Virus record (IMG/VR): IMGVR_UViG_3300017644_000001
Span: 1-58,993 of that record
DNA length: 58,993 nucleotides
Direction: 5' to 3' (one strand)
From: a virus
Taxonomy: Duplodnaviria > Caudoviricetes
The notes beneath the pieces were generated by a model that had not been told where the DNA came from, did not search any database, and saw only the letters and a program-made list of their open reading frames with translations. This document shows, piece by piece, positions 44,402 to 53,728 of this stretch; the stretch's first letter is position 1, and every line of letters starts with the position of its first letter. Made by a program: the position numbers and the translations under genes.

Positions 44402-45454
44402 ATGAAGCGCGGACTATCCCTCGTTGAACTCGCCAAAAAGATCGAGGCCCAAAAGGAACTCAAGGCCGATTACGTCGCCCCGTCGCGCGGCCTGCGCCTG
44501 ACGATCCAGGACGATAACAAGCCGGCTCTCGAAGTGCCGGACACCGGCAGCTTCCCCATCCTGCGCACCGCCCACGACCAGATCGGGGCGAAGCTCAACA
44601 TTCCGGCCAAGTATTACAACCGCATGCTTGACGCGGCGCCGCGCCTCTTGGCCGACAACGTCAACCACTGGCTCGACCGCGACCCGAGCCGCCGCATGCT
44701 GCGGACCCTCGGCGGCGACCTTCGTGCTTACCTCTCGGATCGCTACAACCGGGTGGAGAACGAGGAGATCGCGGAAGTGGTTCTCCCGGTTCTGCTCGAA
44801 ACGCCCGGCCTCTCGGTCAACGCAGCCGAGATCACCGACCACCGCATGTACATCCTCGCCACGACGGACCGCGTCAAAGGCGAGTTGAAGCGCGGCGACG
44901 TCGTCCAGGCCGGCGTGCTGATCTCGAACTCGGAGATCGGGCATGGTGCAGTCTCGATCCGGCCGATGGTTTACCGACTGGTCTGCCTCAACGGCATGGT
45001 GCTGCCCGACGCAAAACTGACCGCGAACCACGTCGGTCGGCGGATCAGCGAGGGCGAAGACCTCAACGCGATCTTCTCCGATGAGGCGCGCCGGGCCGAC
45101 GACCGCGCCCTGCTCCTCAAGGTCCGGGACGTTGTTCGGCACGCTCTGGACGCCGCGACGTTCGAGAACGCGGTCGGTCGGATGCGTGACCTTGGCGAGC
45201 AGAAGATCGAGGGCGATCCGTCGAACACGGTCCAGCTTTTGGCGAAGAAGATCGGTGCCACCGACGACGAGCGCGGCGGCATCCTACGCGCCCTGATCGA
45301 CGGCGGCGATACCTCGGCCCTCGGCCTGATCCACGCCGTCACGTTCCAGGCGCACGCGGCCAAGAGCTTTGACCGCGCGGTCGAGTTCGAGACGACGGCC
45401 GGCCAGTTGCTCAACCTTCCCCGCCGCGAGTGGCGCGAACTGCTCGCCGCTTAA
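44402..45454 (+). CDS. DUF932-family phage protein
   Basis: AHDQI..KL.IP.KY, RAYLSDRY, ISNSEIGHG and YRLVCLNG..HVG. Confidence 0.8.
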   Translation: MKRGLSLVELAKKIEAQKELKADYVAPSRGLRLTIQDDNKPALEVPDTGSFPILRTAHDQIGAKLNIPAKYYNRMLDAAPRLLADNVNHWLDRDPSRRMLRTLGGDLRAYLSDRYNRVENEEIAEVVLPVLLETPGLSVNAAEITDHRMYILATTDRVKGELKRGDVVQAGVLISNSEIGHGAVSIRPMVYRLVCLNGMVLPDAKLTANHVGRRISEGEDLNAIFSDEARRADDRALLLKVRDVVRHALDAATFENAVGRMRDLGEQKIEGDPSNTVQLLAKKIGATDDERGGILRALIDGGDTSALGLIHAVTFQAHAAKSFDRAVEFETTAGQLLNLPRREWRELLAA

Positions 45455-45553
45455 CGTTACCGACAGCCGGCGCGCGGCGGCGCGCCGGCCTCCCTTTCCA
45501 TTCCATTCACATCGGCGACCGCAACGCGGTTCGCCCCATCGGTAGAGGCAACG

Positions 45554-45748
45554 ATGTCCAATAAGACAGCGGACCCGCAACTCAACATCCCCACGACCAA
45601 GGTTCTGCACCGGCGTCTTGTTCTCGTTCCGCACTACGGCCAGCGGCGAGGTTATTCCCCGAAGAACATCACGGTGCAGGAGCAGTGGATCACGCTGCCG
45701 CGCCTGTCCTTCCTCGAAGCTCCCGAGCCGGCGTGGGTGGCGCAATGA
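45554..45748 (+). CDS. Hypothetical protein
   Basis: 64 aa with GAGG RBS; ITLPRLSFLE motif. Confidence 0.6.
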   Translation: MSNKTADPQLNIPTTKVLHRRLVLVPHYGQRRGYSPKNITVQEQWITLPRLSFLEAPEPAWVAQ

Positions 45749-45972
45749 TCGAGAAGCGATCCGTCACCGTGAACGGACGCCGCACCGCCGTGGCCGTCGA
45801 GGCTCCCTTCTGGGCTGGCGTCCGGGTCTTGGCGGCGAGCCGGCGCATCAGGATCAGCGAGTTAATCGGCGAGATCGACGTGCAGCGCGGCGACAACAAT
45901 CTGTCCAGCGCGATCCGCCTCGCTGTCCTGGCGCACTACCGCGCCGCATCGACGCGAGGCGCCGATGCTTGA
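45745..45972 (+). CDS. Ribbon-helix-helix (RHH_4-like) protein
   Basis: KRSVTVNGRRT...EAPFW..NLSSAIRLAVL. Confidence 0.85.
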   Translation: MIEKRSVTVNGRRTAVAVEAPFWAGVRVLAASRRIRISELIGEIDVQRGDNNLSSAIRLAVLAHYRAASTRGADA

Positions 45973-46114
45973 CCTGCTTGCCAGCGACTTCACCGCCGGC
46001 TTCGCCTTGGGCGCGCTGATCTTCTTCGTCGGCGGCTACGCCTGGGGATGGGAAGGCGCACGGTCGCACTACGCCGGGAAGTGGCTTCGCGACTTCGACG
46101 ACACGACGAACTGA
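45965..46114 (+). CDS. Small membrane peptide
   Basis: 49 aa containing FTAGFALGALIFFVGGYAWGW. Confidence 0.5.
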   Translation: MLDLLASDFTAGFALGALIFFVGGYAWGWEGARSHYAGKWLRDFDDTTN

Positions 46115-46170
46115 ATACCGGGCGGCCACGCCGCCCGATCAACCAGCCTGCCAACCAACGAGGACTGCAC

Positions 46171-47514
46171 ATGGCCGTGAAGATCGAAGGCCCGCTCAAG
46201 ATCATCAGCTTGCAAGCGGAGAACATCAAAAAGCTGGTCGCGGTGGAGATCGCACCGGACGGGGCGCTGGTCGAGATCACCGGGCGCAACGGTGCCGGCA
46301 AGACCAGCATCCTTGACGCGATCTGGTGGGCCATCGAAGGCGCGAAGCACGTCCAGGCCGCGCCGATCCGCAAGGGCGCGAACAAGGCGCGCATCAAGCT
46401 CGACCTCGGCGAGGTCAAGGTCACGCGGACGTTCAACCGCGGCAAGGACGACGAGAACGCCGTCACCACCTCCATCATCGTCGAGAACGAGGCGGGCGCG
46501 CGCTACCCGTCGCCGCAGAAGGTCTTGGACGACCTTTTCGGTGTCCTGACGTTCGATCCGATGGCGTTCCTGCGCGAAGACCCGAAGAAGCAACTCGCGA
46601 TGCTGCGCGGGCTCGTGCCCGACGTGGATTTCGCGGCTATCGACAAGGCGAACGCCGAGGACTTCGCGAAGCGGACCGACGCCAACCGAAACGCCAAGGC
46701 GCTGCGCGCCCAGGCCGCTGGCATCGTGGTCCCCGCCGGCTTGCCGGATGAGCCAGTCGATGAAGCCGCGCTCGTCGCCGAGCTTGAGCAAGCCGGCGAG
46801 CAGAACGCCTTGATCGAGAAGCGCAAGGCGAACCGAGCCACAGCGGAACAGACGCGCGACCACCTGACGGCGAACGCGGCGGCGCTCGTGAAGCGCGCCA
46901 ACGAACTGCGTGAACAGGCGGCCGAGCTTGAGCGTGAAGCTGATGAACGCCTCAAGGAGGCCCAAGACCTTACCGTCAAGCTCGAAAACGCCGACCCACT
47001 TCCCGATCCGGTCGATACCGCCAGCGTCCGCGAGCGGATCGCCAACGCAGCCGCGATCAATCGCGGGATCGAAGCTCGCGAGCGGCGCCGGCAGATCGAG
47101 GGTCGCGCAGCCGATTTCGAGGACGAAGCCGAGCGGCTCACCGCAGCGATCACCGAGAGGAAGGCTCGCGTCGAGGCCGCGATCAAGGCGGCGAAGATGC
47201 CAGTCGCCGGGCTCGGCTTCGGCGACGACGGCGTGCTGCTCAACGGCCTACCGCTCGAACAGGCCAGCGACGCCGAGCAACTCCGCACCGCGGTCGCTAT
47301 CGCAATGGCGATGAACCCGACGCTGCGCGTGATCCGCGTGCGCGACGGATCGCTGCTCGACGATGGCAGCATGAAGCTGCTCGCCGAGATGGCCGAGACG
47401 CGCGGGTATCAGGTCTGGGTCGAGATGGTGAACACCACCGGAAGGGTCGGGTTCGTCATCGAAGATGGGCGCGTCGCTTCGACGCCGGCGTCCCGGCGCG
47501 AGAAGGCCGCGTGA
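46171..47514 (+). CDS. SMC/SbcC-like ABC-type ATPase with coiled coil
   Basis: ENIKKL, GRNGAGKTS, a long coiled coil, QASDAEQ and IRVRDGSLLD. Confidence 0.85.
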   Translation: MAVKIEGPLKIISLQAENIKKLVAVEIAPDGALVEITGRNGAGKTSILDAIWWAIEGAKHVQAAPIRKGANKARIKLDLGEVKVTRTFNRGKDDENAVTTSIIVENEAGARYPSPQKVLDDLFGVLTFDPMAFLREDPKKQLAMLRGLVPDVDFAAIDKANAEDFAKRTDANRNAKALRAQAAGIVVPAGLPDEPVDEAALVAELEQAGEQNALIEKRKANRATAEQTRDHLTANAAALVKRANELREQAAELEREADERLKEAQDLTVKLENADPLPDPVDTASVRERIANAAAINRGIEARERRRQIEGRAADFEDEAERLTAAITERKARVEAAIKAAKMPVAGLGFGDDGVLLNGLPLEQASDAEQLRTAVAIAMAMNPTLRVIRVRDGSLLDDGSMKLLAEMAETRGYQVWVEMVNTTGRVGFVIEDGRVASTPASRREKAA

Positions 47515-47999
47515 TGCGGAGGCCGAGCCGCCTCCGGTCGGTCGCCTGTATGGTTTGTGGCGCGTCGTTCGAGACGCGCCACAGCCAGGGCAAGTATTGC
47601 TCCGACCAGTGTCGGAAGCTCGGCGCTCGGAAGTCGTGGCGCGATTACAACGCCCGCAACGCCGGGCACCGCAAGGACTACCGGAAAAAGTATTACGAGC
47701 GGAACGCCGAGAAGGTGTCGGCGCGGGTCAAGAGCTACCGCAAGACCGACGCCGGTCGCCGCGCCACGCACGTCAACGGGCAACGACAGCGCCAGAAATT
47801 TCCCGAGAGGTACGCCGCGCGGCAAGCCGTGACCGTCGCGCTGCGATCAGGACGCCTTGTGCGCCTCCCCTGCCAGAGGTGCGGGGCGGTGCCAGCACAA
47901 GCTCACCACCGAGACTACTCGAAGCCGCTCGACGTCGAGTGGTTGTGCGCTCCGCACCACCGCGAAGCCGACGCCGAATTGAAAAGAGGAGGTCAATAA
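47511..47999 (+). CDS. Zn-ribbon / HNH-like protein
   Basis: CMVC..YCSDQC, and CQRC..AHHRDYSKPLDVEWLC..HH. Confidence 0.75.
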   Translation: MMRRPSRLRSVACMVCGASFETRHSQGKYCSDQCRKLGARKSWRDYNARNAGHRKDYRKKYYERNAEKVSARVKSYRKTDAGRRATHVNGQRQRQKFPERYAARQAVTVALRSGRLVRLPCQRCGAVPAQAHHRDYSKPLDVEWLCAPHHREADAELKRGGQ

Positions 48000-48115
48000 T
48001 GGCCGTCACCGGCTGCATGATCTTGAACCCCGGCGATCTTGTCTTGCTCGCCGTCGTCCTTGGCGTGGCTGCGGGCTGCGCTGCCTGCGTCGTCACATCA
48101 TTGGTGCGCCGATAG
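47999..48115 (+). CDS. Small membrane peptide
   Basis: 38 aa, hydrophobic; GGAGG RBS. Confidence 0.45.
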   Translation: MAVTGCMILNPGDLVLLAVVLGVAAGCAACVVTSLVRR

Positions 48116-48160
48116 GCCGCCACGAAACCAACCGTCGCACACAACCGCAGGAGAAACCGC

Positions 48161-49279
48161 GTGTCAAAGACCCGCATCATCGAAGTCCCCGCCGAGCCCG
48201 AGCCGAAGGCGCAAGTGCCGAAAGAGGAGCCGGTACAACACGAGCCGTTCGAGGACGGCATCTACTTCGGGCTTGTTCCCGACGAGACTTACCACCCCGA
48301 TCCTGCGCTCGGATCGGGCGACATCAAGCGGCTTTACTGGAACCCCGCCGAGTATTGGTGGCGTTCGCCGATGAACAAGCTCCTTCCGAAGAAGGACGAC
48401 GACAGCCCGTTCAAGACATTCGGCCGCGCGGTGCACGTCCACGTTCTCGAAGGCGCGGAGAAGTTCTTCCGCCTCTACGAGTGCGAGGACACCGACGAGG
48501 CCACGCTCAAGACCAGCGACGACATCAAAAAATGGCTGCTTGAACGCGGCCAGAAGCCGCCGCGCACCAAAGCGGAGATGATCGACCTCGCGTTGCTGCT
48601 CGACGCGAACGTCAGGATTGCCGACGTCATCAAGGTGCGGGCGCTCGAAGCCGGACGCACGATCCTCAAGGAGGACGATTACAACCGCATCCTGACGTCA
48701 TCGCAGATGATCGCGGAAAACCCGGACCTCGAACACGCCTTTACCGGCGGCAGAGCCGAGGTCGCGGTGTTCTGGACTGAGACGGTCGATGGCGAGCCGG
48801 TCCGCTGCAAGGCGCTGTTCGACTATCTGAAAATTCGCGGCATCGGCGATCTCAAGTCCACATCGAACCCGAAGGAGATGGCGTTCGACGCACTCTGCTC
48901 TATCCGCTTCGCCGAGCAGCGCATGGACATTCAGGCCGTCCATTACATGCGCGCCCGCGAGTTCTTGGCGCAGTTCGTTCTTGATGGGCGCGTCCACGGC
49001 GACCACGACGGTGGATGGCTCCGCAAGGTGGCGGCACAGGAGGAGTACGGCTTCGCACACGTATTCTTCCAGACCACCGGCGCCCCGAGCGTGCTTGCCC
49101 GCTCCTTGTCGCGCGGCAACCCGATCCTGGACATCGCCGCGGACCACCGCGACATCGCGCTCAATAATTTCGTCCTCAATCGCAGCCGGTACGGCGACAC
49201 GATGTGGCTGCGCCGCGAGCCGATCCGCGAGTGGAGCATCGACGAACTTCCTGCGTGGTGGGGCCGCAATGGCCGTTGA
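48161..49279 (+). CDS. PD-(D/E)xK exonuclease (RecE/ExoVIII C-terminal-like)
   Basis: YH..ALGSG, FGRAVH..VLE, AEV..FW, CKALFDYL..DLKS and QAVHY. Confidence 0.88.
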   Translation: MSKTRIIEVPAEPEPKAQVPKEEPVQHEPFEDGIYFGLVPDETYHPDPALGSGDIKRLYWNPAEYWWRSPMNKLLPKKDDDSPFKTFGRAVHVHVLEGAEKFFRLYECEDTDEATLKTSDDIKKWLLERGQKPPRTKAEMIDLALLLDANVRIADVIKVRALEAGRTILKEDDYNRILTSSQMIAENPDLEHAFTGGRAEVAVFWTETVDGEPVRCKALFDYLKIRGIGDLKSTSNPKEMAFDALCSIRFAEQRMDIQAVHYMRAREFLAQFVLDGRVHGDHDGGWLRKVAAQEEYGFAHVFFQTTGAPSVLARSLSRGNPILDIAADHRDIALNNFVLNRSRYGDTMWLRREPIREWSIDELPAWWGRNGR

Positions 49280-49508
49280 TCCCATCGCCCTCGAAGTTGG
49301 AGCCCGCGCGCTTTACGCGGCGTTCTCCCGCTACTCGCGCCGCCGGTCCGACAACTCCATCGAGACGCCCGAGGACCGCTGGAACCGCAATCAGGTCACG
49401 TCTGCGATCCAGGACGCTTTCCGAGACGAGATGCGCGCGGCGCTCGCCGCGCTCGAACAAGCAGGTTTCACCGTCCAGCAACGGGGCGCGAGCCCAAGGA
49501 GGTTTTGA
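49269..49508 (+). CDS. Hypothetical protein
   Basis: 79 aa between the exonuclease and the next gene. Confidence 0.55.
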   Translation: MAVDPIALEVGARALYAAFSRYSRRRSDNSIETPEDRWNRNQVTSAIQDAFRDEMRAALAALEQAGFTVQQRGASPRRF

Positions 49509-50707
49509 TGAACGATATGGTCGAGATCAACGATGGGCAGGTCGAGCGCGTCGAAGGGGCCGCGCTGGTCCTTCCCGACACGGCGATCACCGGCACGCTG
49601 GTCCGCGCCGAGATCGACAGCCAGATCGCGACGGCGCGGCAGTTCCCTCGCTCGATCAAGCGCGCCATCGACAACATCTTGACGCTCGCCACGCTGGACG
49701 AGGAAACCGCAACGGAGTGCATCTACGCACTCAAGCGCGGCGGGAAGCCGCTGCGCGGGCCGTCGATCCGTATGGCCGAGATCATCGTTACGCAATGGGG
49801 CAATAACCGATCCGGCGCCCAGGTCGTCAACATCGACCGCGTAAACAAGCTGATCGTGGCCGAGGGCTTCTTCCACGACCTCGAAAGCAATTCGGCAACC
49901 AAAGCGACCGTGTCGCGCCGGATCAGCGGTCGGGATGGTCGCATCTTCTCCGACGATATGATTGCGGTCACCGGGAACGCGGCCTGCTCAATCGCCAAGC
50001 GCAACGCCATCCTGGCCGGTGTCCCGAAAGGCATCTGGCGCAAGGCTATCACCGCCGCCGAGGACATCATCCGCGGTGACGCAAAGACCTTGGTCGAGCG
50101 ACGCGACGGCGCGATCAAGTCGCTTGCGCACTTCGGTCTGAGCCAAGACCAAATTTTCACGATCCTCGCTGTGGACGGGCTCGACGACATCGACCTCGAC
50201 GATCTTGTCACACTGCGGGCGATCTACACGCAACTCAAGAACGGCGAGCAGACCGTCGAGGAGTTGCTCCGCGGCACCAAGGGCGCGCCCGCGGCGCACG
50301 AGGTCGTCAAGAACCCACTGAGCGACGAGGCGCCGGACCCGAACAAGAACAGCACCGCGCCGCGAGAGCAAGAGATCGTCCTGACCGCTGCCGAGACGGA
50401 GGAATACGCAAAGACAGGAACGTTGCGCGGCGCCACGGCACGCATTGCAGCGGCCGACCGCGTCATCGACGCGAACGGGAAGGTTCTCAAGTCTAAGGAC
50501 AGCCAGACAACGGCGGACGGCTCGCATGAAGCGCCTCCGACCGAAGCCGACCGAGCCATCGCCGTCGCTAAATCCGGCGGCCGCAAGGCGCGTGAGGCCG
50601 GCGCGACGCGCAAGTCGATGCCGGCCGAGTACCGCAAGCCCGAGCGGAAGGCCGAAGCCGATGCGTGGCTCGCGGCTTACGACGCAGCCGCACCCGCCAA
50701 CCAGTAG
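49508..50707 (+). CDS. Putative single-strand annealing recombinase of an uncharacterised family
   Basis: EIDSQIATARQFPRS..CIYALKRGGK..GPSIRMAE..WGN; placed between exonuclease and ssb. Confidence 0.55.
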   Translation: MNDMVEINDGQVERVEGAALVLPDTAITGTLVRAEIDSQIATARQFPRSIKRAIDNILTLATLDEETATECIYALKRGGKPLRGPSIRMAEIIVTQWGNNRSGAQVVNIDRVNKLIVAEGFFHDLESNSATKATVSRRISGRDGRIFSDDMIAVTGNAACSIAKRNAILAGVPKGIWRKAITAAEDIIRGDAKTLVERRDGAIKSLAHFGLSQDQIFTILAVDGLDDIDLDDLVTLRAIYTQLKNGEQTVEELLRGTKGAPAAHEVVKNPLSDEAPDPNKNSTAPREQEIVLTAAETEEYAKTGTLRGATARIAAADRVIDANGKVLKSKDSQTTADGSHEAPPTEADRAIAVAKSGGRKAREAGATRKSMPAEYRKPERKAEADAWLAAYDAAAPANQ

Positions 50708-50746
50708 CAGCCGCGTCCAAGCATCAACCGTCCAAAGGAGACGAAA

Positions 50747-51655
50747 ATGAACGTTCAAGCGATACGGCCCCGCAGCCCCGTTACCGGGGCCGAACTGATC
50801 GACCGCGAGTTGATCGAGCTATTTGATCGCGCGGTCGTGACATGCCCGGTCGAGGCAATGCCGTGGCGCATCACGCCGGCACTGGCAGCGCATATCCTGA
50901 GCAGGAATTTCGGGAACCGCGAACTCCACGGCAAGAGGGCTGCGTACACCAACGACATGCGTGACGGGCGATGGTCCCTCACAGGACAGACCATCATTAT
51001 TTCGTCTGATCGCTACCTCCTGGACGGCCAAAACCGGCTCCGCGCGTGCGTTGATAGCGGGGCTGAATTTTGCAGCTACATCGTCTTCGGCATTAACGCC
51101 GACACGTTCCCAGACATTGATAGCGGAAAGACCCGCAGTGGCTCCGACGTGCTCACTATGGCAGGGGTCCCGAACGCGACCGCCGCCGCCGCTGCAACCC
51201 GATGGGTGCTGTTGCTCCAACAAGGGCGCGTGAAATCGCGGGCACCGTTCGCCCCGAAGGAAATTCGGGAAGCTATCGCACGCCTCGACCAACCACTACT
51301 GCAAGAGGGTATCCGCGCTGGCCAGCGCATTTGGAAAGTGTACGGTCAAGATCGGCACCCGATCTCAATGCTCGCCGGCCTCTACTATGTTCTCTCACAG
51401 ATCAACCGCCCGCTTGCGGTTGAGTTCTTCGGTGCAATGGAGACAGGGCGTTTCGCTGGACGTGTCGGCGCCATCGACAAGGCCCTTCGCCGCATCCGCG
51501 AGGAAAAACATAGAGCGAGTGGTCGCCTCAATGAGGTCGTCCGCCTCGCCTTCCTGATCCTCGCCTGGAACCTCGCGGCTCGCAATCGGGTCGGGACGTT
51601 GTCGGAATTTCAGTGGGACGTGTCCCAGGACTTTCCAGCCATCTTTGAGGGCTGA
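50747..51655 (+). CDS. ParB/Srx-like (DGQHR-type) domain protein
   Basis: ITP..A..L..N..NR, Y..DM..G.W, LLDGQNRL and ID.G..RS; codon usage is less GC-biased than the flanks. Confidence 0.7.
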   Translation: MNVQAIRPRSPVTGAELIDRELIELFDRAVVTCPVEAMPWRITPALAAHILSRNFGNRELHGKRAAYTNDMRDGRWSLTGQTIIISSDRYLLDGQNRLRACVDSGAEFCSYIVFGINADTFPDIDSGKTRSGSDVLTMAGVPNATAAAAATRWVLLLQQGRVKSRAPFAPKEIREAIARLDQPLLQEGIRAGQRIWKVYGQDRHPISMLAGLYYVLSQINRPLAVEFFGAMETGRFAGRVGAIDKALRRIREEKHRASGRLNEVVRLAFLILAWNLAARNRVGTLSEFQWDVSQDFPAIFEG

Positions 51656-51660
51656 GAACG

Positions 51661-52410
51661 ATGTCGAACATCATCTCCGTCCCGCCGCGATCTATCAGCA
51701 TTCCACACGAGCGACGAAACCCCGCCCCTGCTGTGGTGGAGGCCCTCAAGTCCAGTATGTCCGAGATCGGGCTCCTTAACCCGATCACGATCCAGAGCAA
51801 CCGGGCAGCGATGCGCCGCTACCTCGTCGCCGGCCGCAACCGGCTCGAAGCAGCGATACAACTGAAATGGGACACCATCGACTGCATAGAGCTTCCAGAC
51901 ATCGACGAAGTCGAGGACGCCGAGACGGTCGGTAAGCTCGCCGAGATCGCGGAGAACCTGCACCGACGCGAGATCGACGCGGTCGAGCGCGGCGAGTTGA
52001 TCGCTGCGTGGGATCGGCTGCGGTCGGATCGGCGGGAGGTTTCTGCCCAACTTGGGCAGAAACCTCAGGGGGGGCGACCGTCCGGCGGCGTCAGCAAGGC
52101 CGCCCGCGACCTCGGCATGACCCGGCAGGCCGTTGATCGCGCGCTCAAGGTCGCGGCGCTCTCGCCCGAGGCCAAGGCGAAGGCCCGCTCGGCCGGCCTC
52201 GCGAACAACCAGACGGCCTTGCTCAAGGCGGCGAAGCACAAGGAGCCCGCGGCCCAGGTCGCGGCCCTCGACCAGCACGCGGCGAAACATGAGCCGCGCC
52301 CCACCGAGAAGCCGGACCCGCTCCATCACATTAAGTCCGCGTGGCGCGTCCTCACGAAGCGCGAGCGGGACGCTTTCATCAAGTGGCTTCGTGAAGCCGG
52401 CGATCTTTAA
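51661..52410 (+). CDS. ParB N-terminal domain plus HTH protein
   Basis: IGLLNPITI, LVAGRNRLEA, EIAENLHR and SKAARDLGM. Confidence 0.85.
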   Translation: MSNIISVPPRSISIPHERRNPAPAVVEALKSSMSEIGLLNPITIQSNRAAMRRYLVAGRNRLEAAIQLKWDTIDCIELPDIDEVEDAETVGKLAEIAENLHRREIDAVERGELIAAWDRLRSDRREVSAQLGQKPQGGRPSGGVSKAARDLGMTRQAVDRALKVAALSPEAKAKARSAGLANNQTALLKAAKHKEPAAQVAALDQHAAKHEPRPTEKPDPLHHIKSAWRVLTKRERDAFIKWLREAGDL

Positions 52411-52425
52411 CGAACGGAGAACTTA

Positions 52426-52902
52426 ATGGCCGGTGATCTCAATCGCGCAACCCTGATCGGTCGCCTCGGCGCTGATCCAGAGGTTTCGCACACAAGCGGC
52501 GGCACCACCGTCGTGAAAATGCGTATCGCCACGTCGGAGACGTGGCGGGACAAGTCCAGCGGCGAGCGCAAAGAGCGCACGCAATGGCACAGCGTCGTCA
52601 TCTGGAACGAGGGCATCGGCAAGGTCGCGCAACAGTACCTTTCCAAAGGCTCGAAGGTGATGGTCGAGGGGCAGATCGAAACCCGCAAATGGCAGGACCG
52701 AGACGGCCAGGATCGCTACTCGACCGAGATCGTGCTGCGGTCCTTTGGCGCGCAACTGATCCTCCTCGGCAGCAAGGGTGACGGCAACAGCGGTGGCGGA
52801 TCGCCCGATCAACAATCCTCGTTGTCGTCAGGTTCGGCGCCCCGACGTCAGAACCGTGAGAGCTTTGACGACGAGATACCCTTCGCACCGGAGTGGCGCT
52901 GA
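52426..52902 (+). CDS. ssb: Single-stranded DNA-binding protein
   Basis: LIGRLGADPE, ATSETW, TQWHSVV, KGSKVMVEGQIETRKW and DDEIPF. Confidence 0.96.
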   Translation: MAGDLNRATLIGRLGADPEVSHTSGGTTVVKMRIATSETWRDKSSGERKERTQWHSVVIWNEGIGKVAQQYLSKGSKVMVEGQIETRKWQDRDGQDRYSTEIVLRSFGAQLILLGSKGDGNSGGGSPDQQSSLSSGSAPRRQNRESFDDEIPFAPEWR

Positions 52903-52996
52903 TGCGCGGCGAGGTCTGCAAGGCGCGCACCGGCTCGGATAGCCCGTGGGTCAAGGGCCGGCTCGCCAAGGACAAAAAAGAAACGGAGAACATTTG

Positions 52997-53728
52997 ATGC
53001 CAGACAAGATCATCATCCGCTGCATCGACTTCGAGACGACCGGCGAAAACACCGAGGAGGAGAAGCACGCGGTCTGCGAGGTCGGTTGGTGCGACGTGAC
53101 CTATCACACGCGCGAGCACATCGACGTTGGCGAGCCGATGGCTATCGTGACCAACCCGCTGCGCCCGATCCCGCCGGTTGCGCGCGCCGTCCACCACATC
53201 ACCGACGCCGAGCTTGTCGATGCACCGCCCGCGACGGCGGTATTCGTCAAGCACCTGACCGTTGGTCCGCCGAACTACTTTTGCGCTCACAACGCCGACT
53301 TTGAGCGGTCGTTCTTCGGCGGCGGCGACGTGCCGTGGGTCTGCACCTACAAGGTCGCGCTGCGGTTCTGGCCGGACGAGCAGAGCCACGGCTTGCAGGT
53401 CTTGCGCTATGCGCTCGATCTTCCCGCCGCGCCAGAGAAAGCAGGGCCGGCGCATCGCGCTGGACCTGACGCCTATCTTGGCGCGCTCCTGATGGAGCGC
53501 ATCCTACGGGAAGGCAAGGCGTCACTGGACGACATGGTGCGGTGGTCGAAGGGACCGGCGCTCCTGCCGCGCATCAAGTTCGGCAAGCACAAAGGCAAGC
53601 GATGGGAGGACGCCCCGACCGACTATCTGGAGTGGATCGTCAATAAGTCGGACCTGGATCGCGACATCAAGGCGAACGCGAAGCACCACCTCAAGAAGCG
53701 CGCCGCCGAGCATCAAGGGGCGGCCTGA
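52997..53728 (+). CDS. DEDDh 3'-5' exonuclease (ExoX-like) with a DUF3820-like tail
   Basis: IDFETTG, AHNADFE, HRAGPDA and FGKHKG..P.DYL.W. Confidence 0.9.
   Translation: MPDKIIIRCIDFETTGENTEEEKHAVCEVGWCDVTYHTREHIDVGEPMAIVTNPLRPIPPVARAVHHITDAELVDAPPATAVFVKHLTVGPPNYFCAHNADFERSFFGGGDVPWVCTYKVALRFWPDEQSHGLQVLRYALDLPAAPEKAGPAHRAGPDAYLGALLMERILREGKASLDDMVRWSKGPALLPRIKFGKHKGKRWEDAPTDYLEWIVNKSDLDRDIKANAKHHLKKRAAEHQGAA

Noticed and set aside
52405-52425. Possible LexA box upstream of ssb (GAAC..GAAC)
   Set aside because: Spacing is 3 nt, not the 7 nt of the alphaproteobacterial SOS box.
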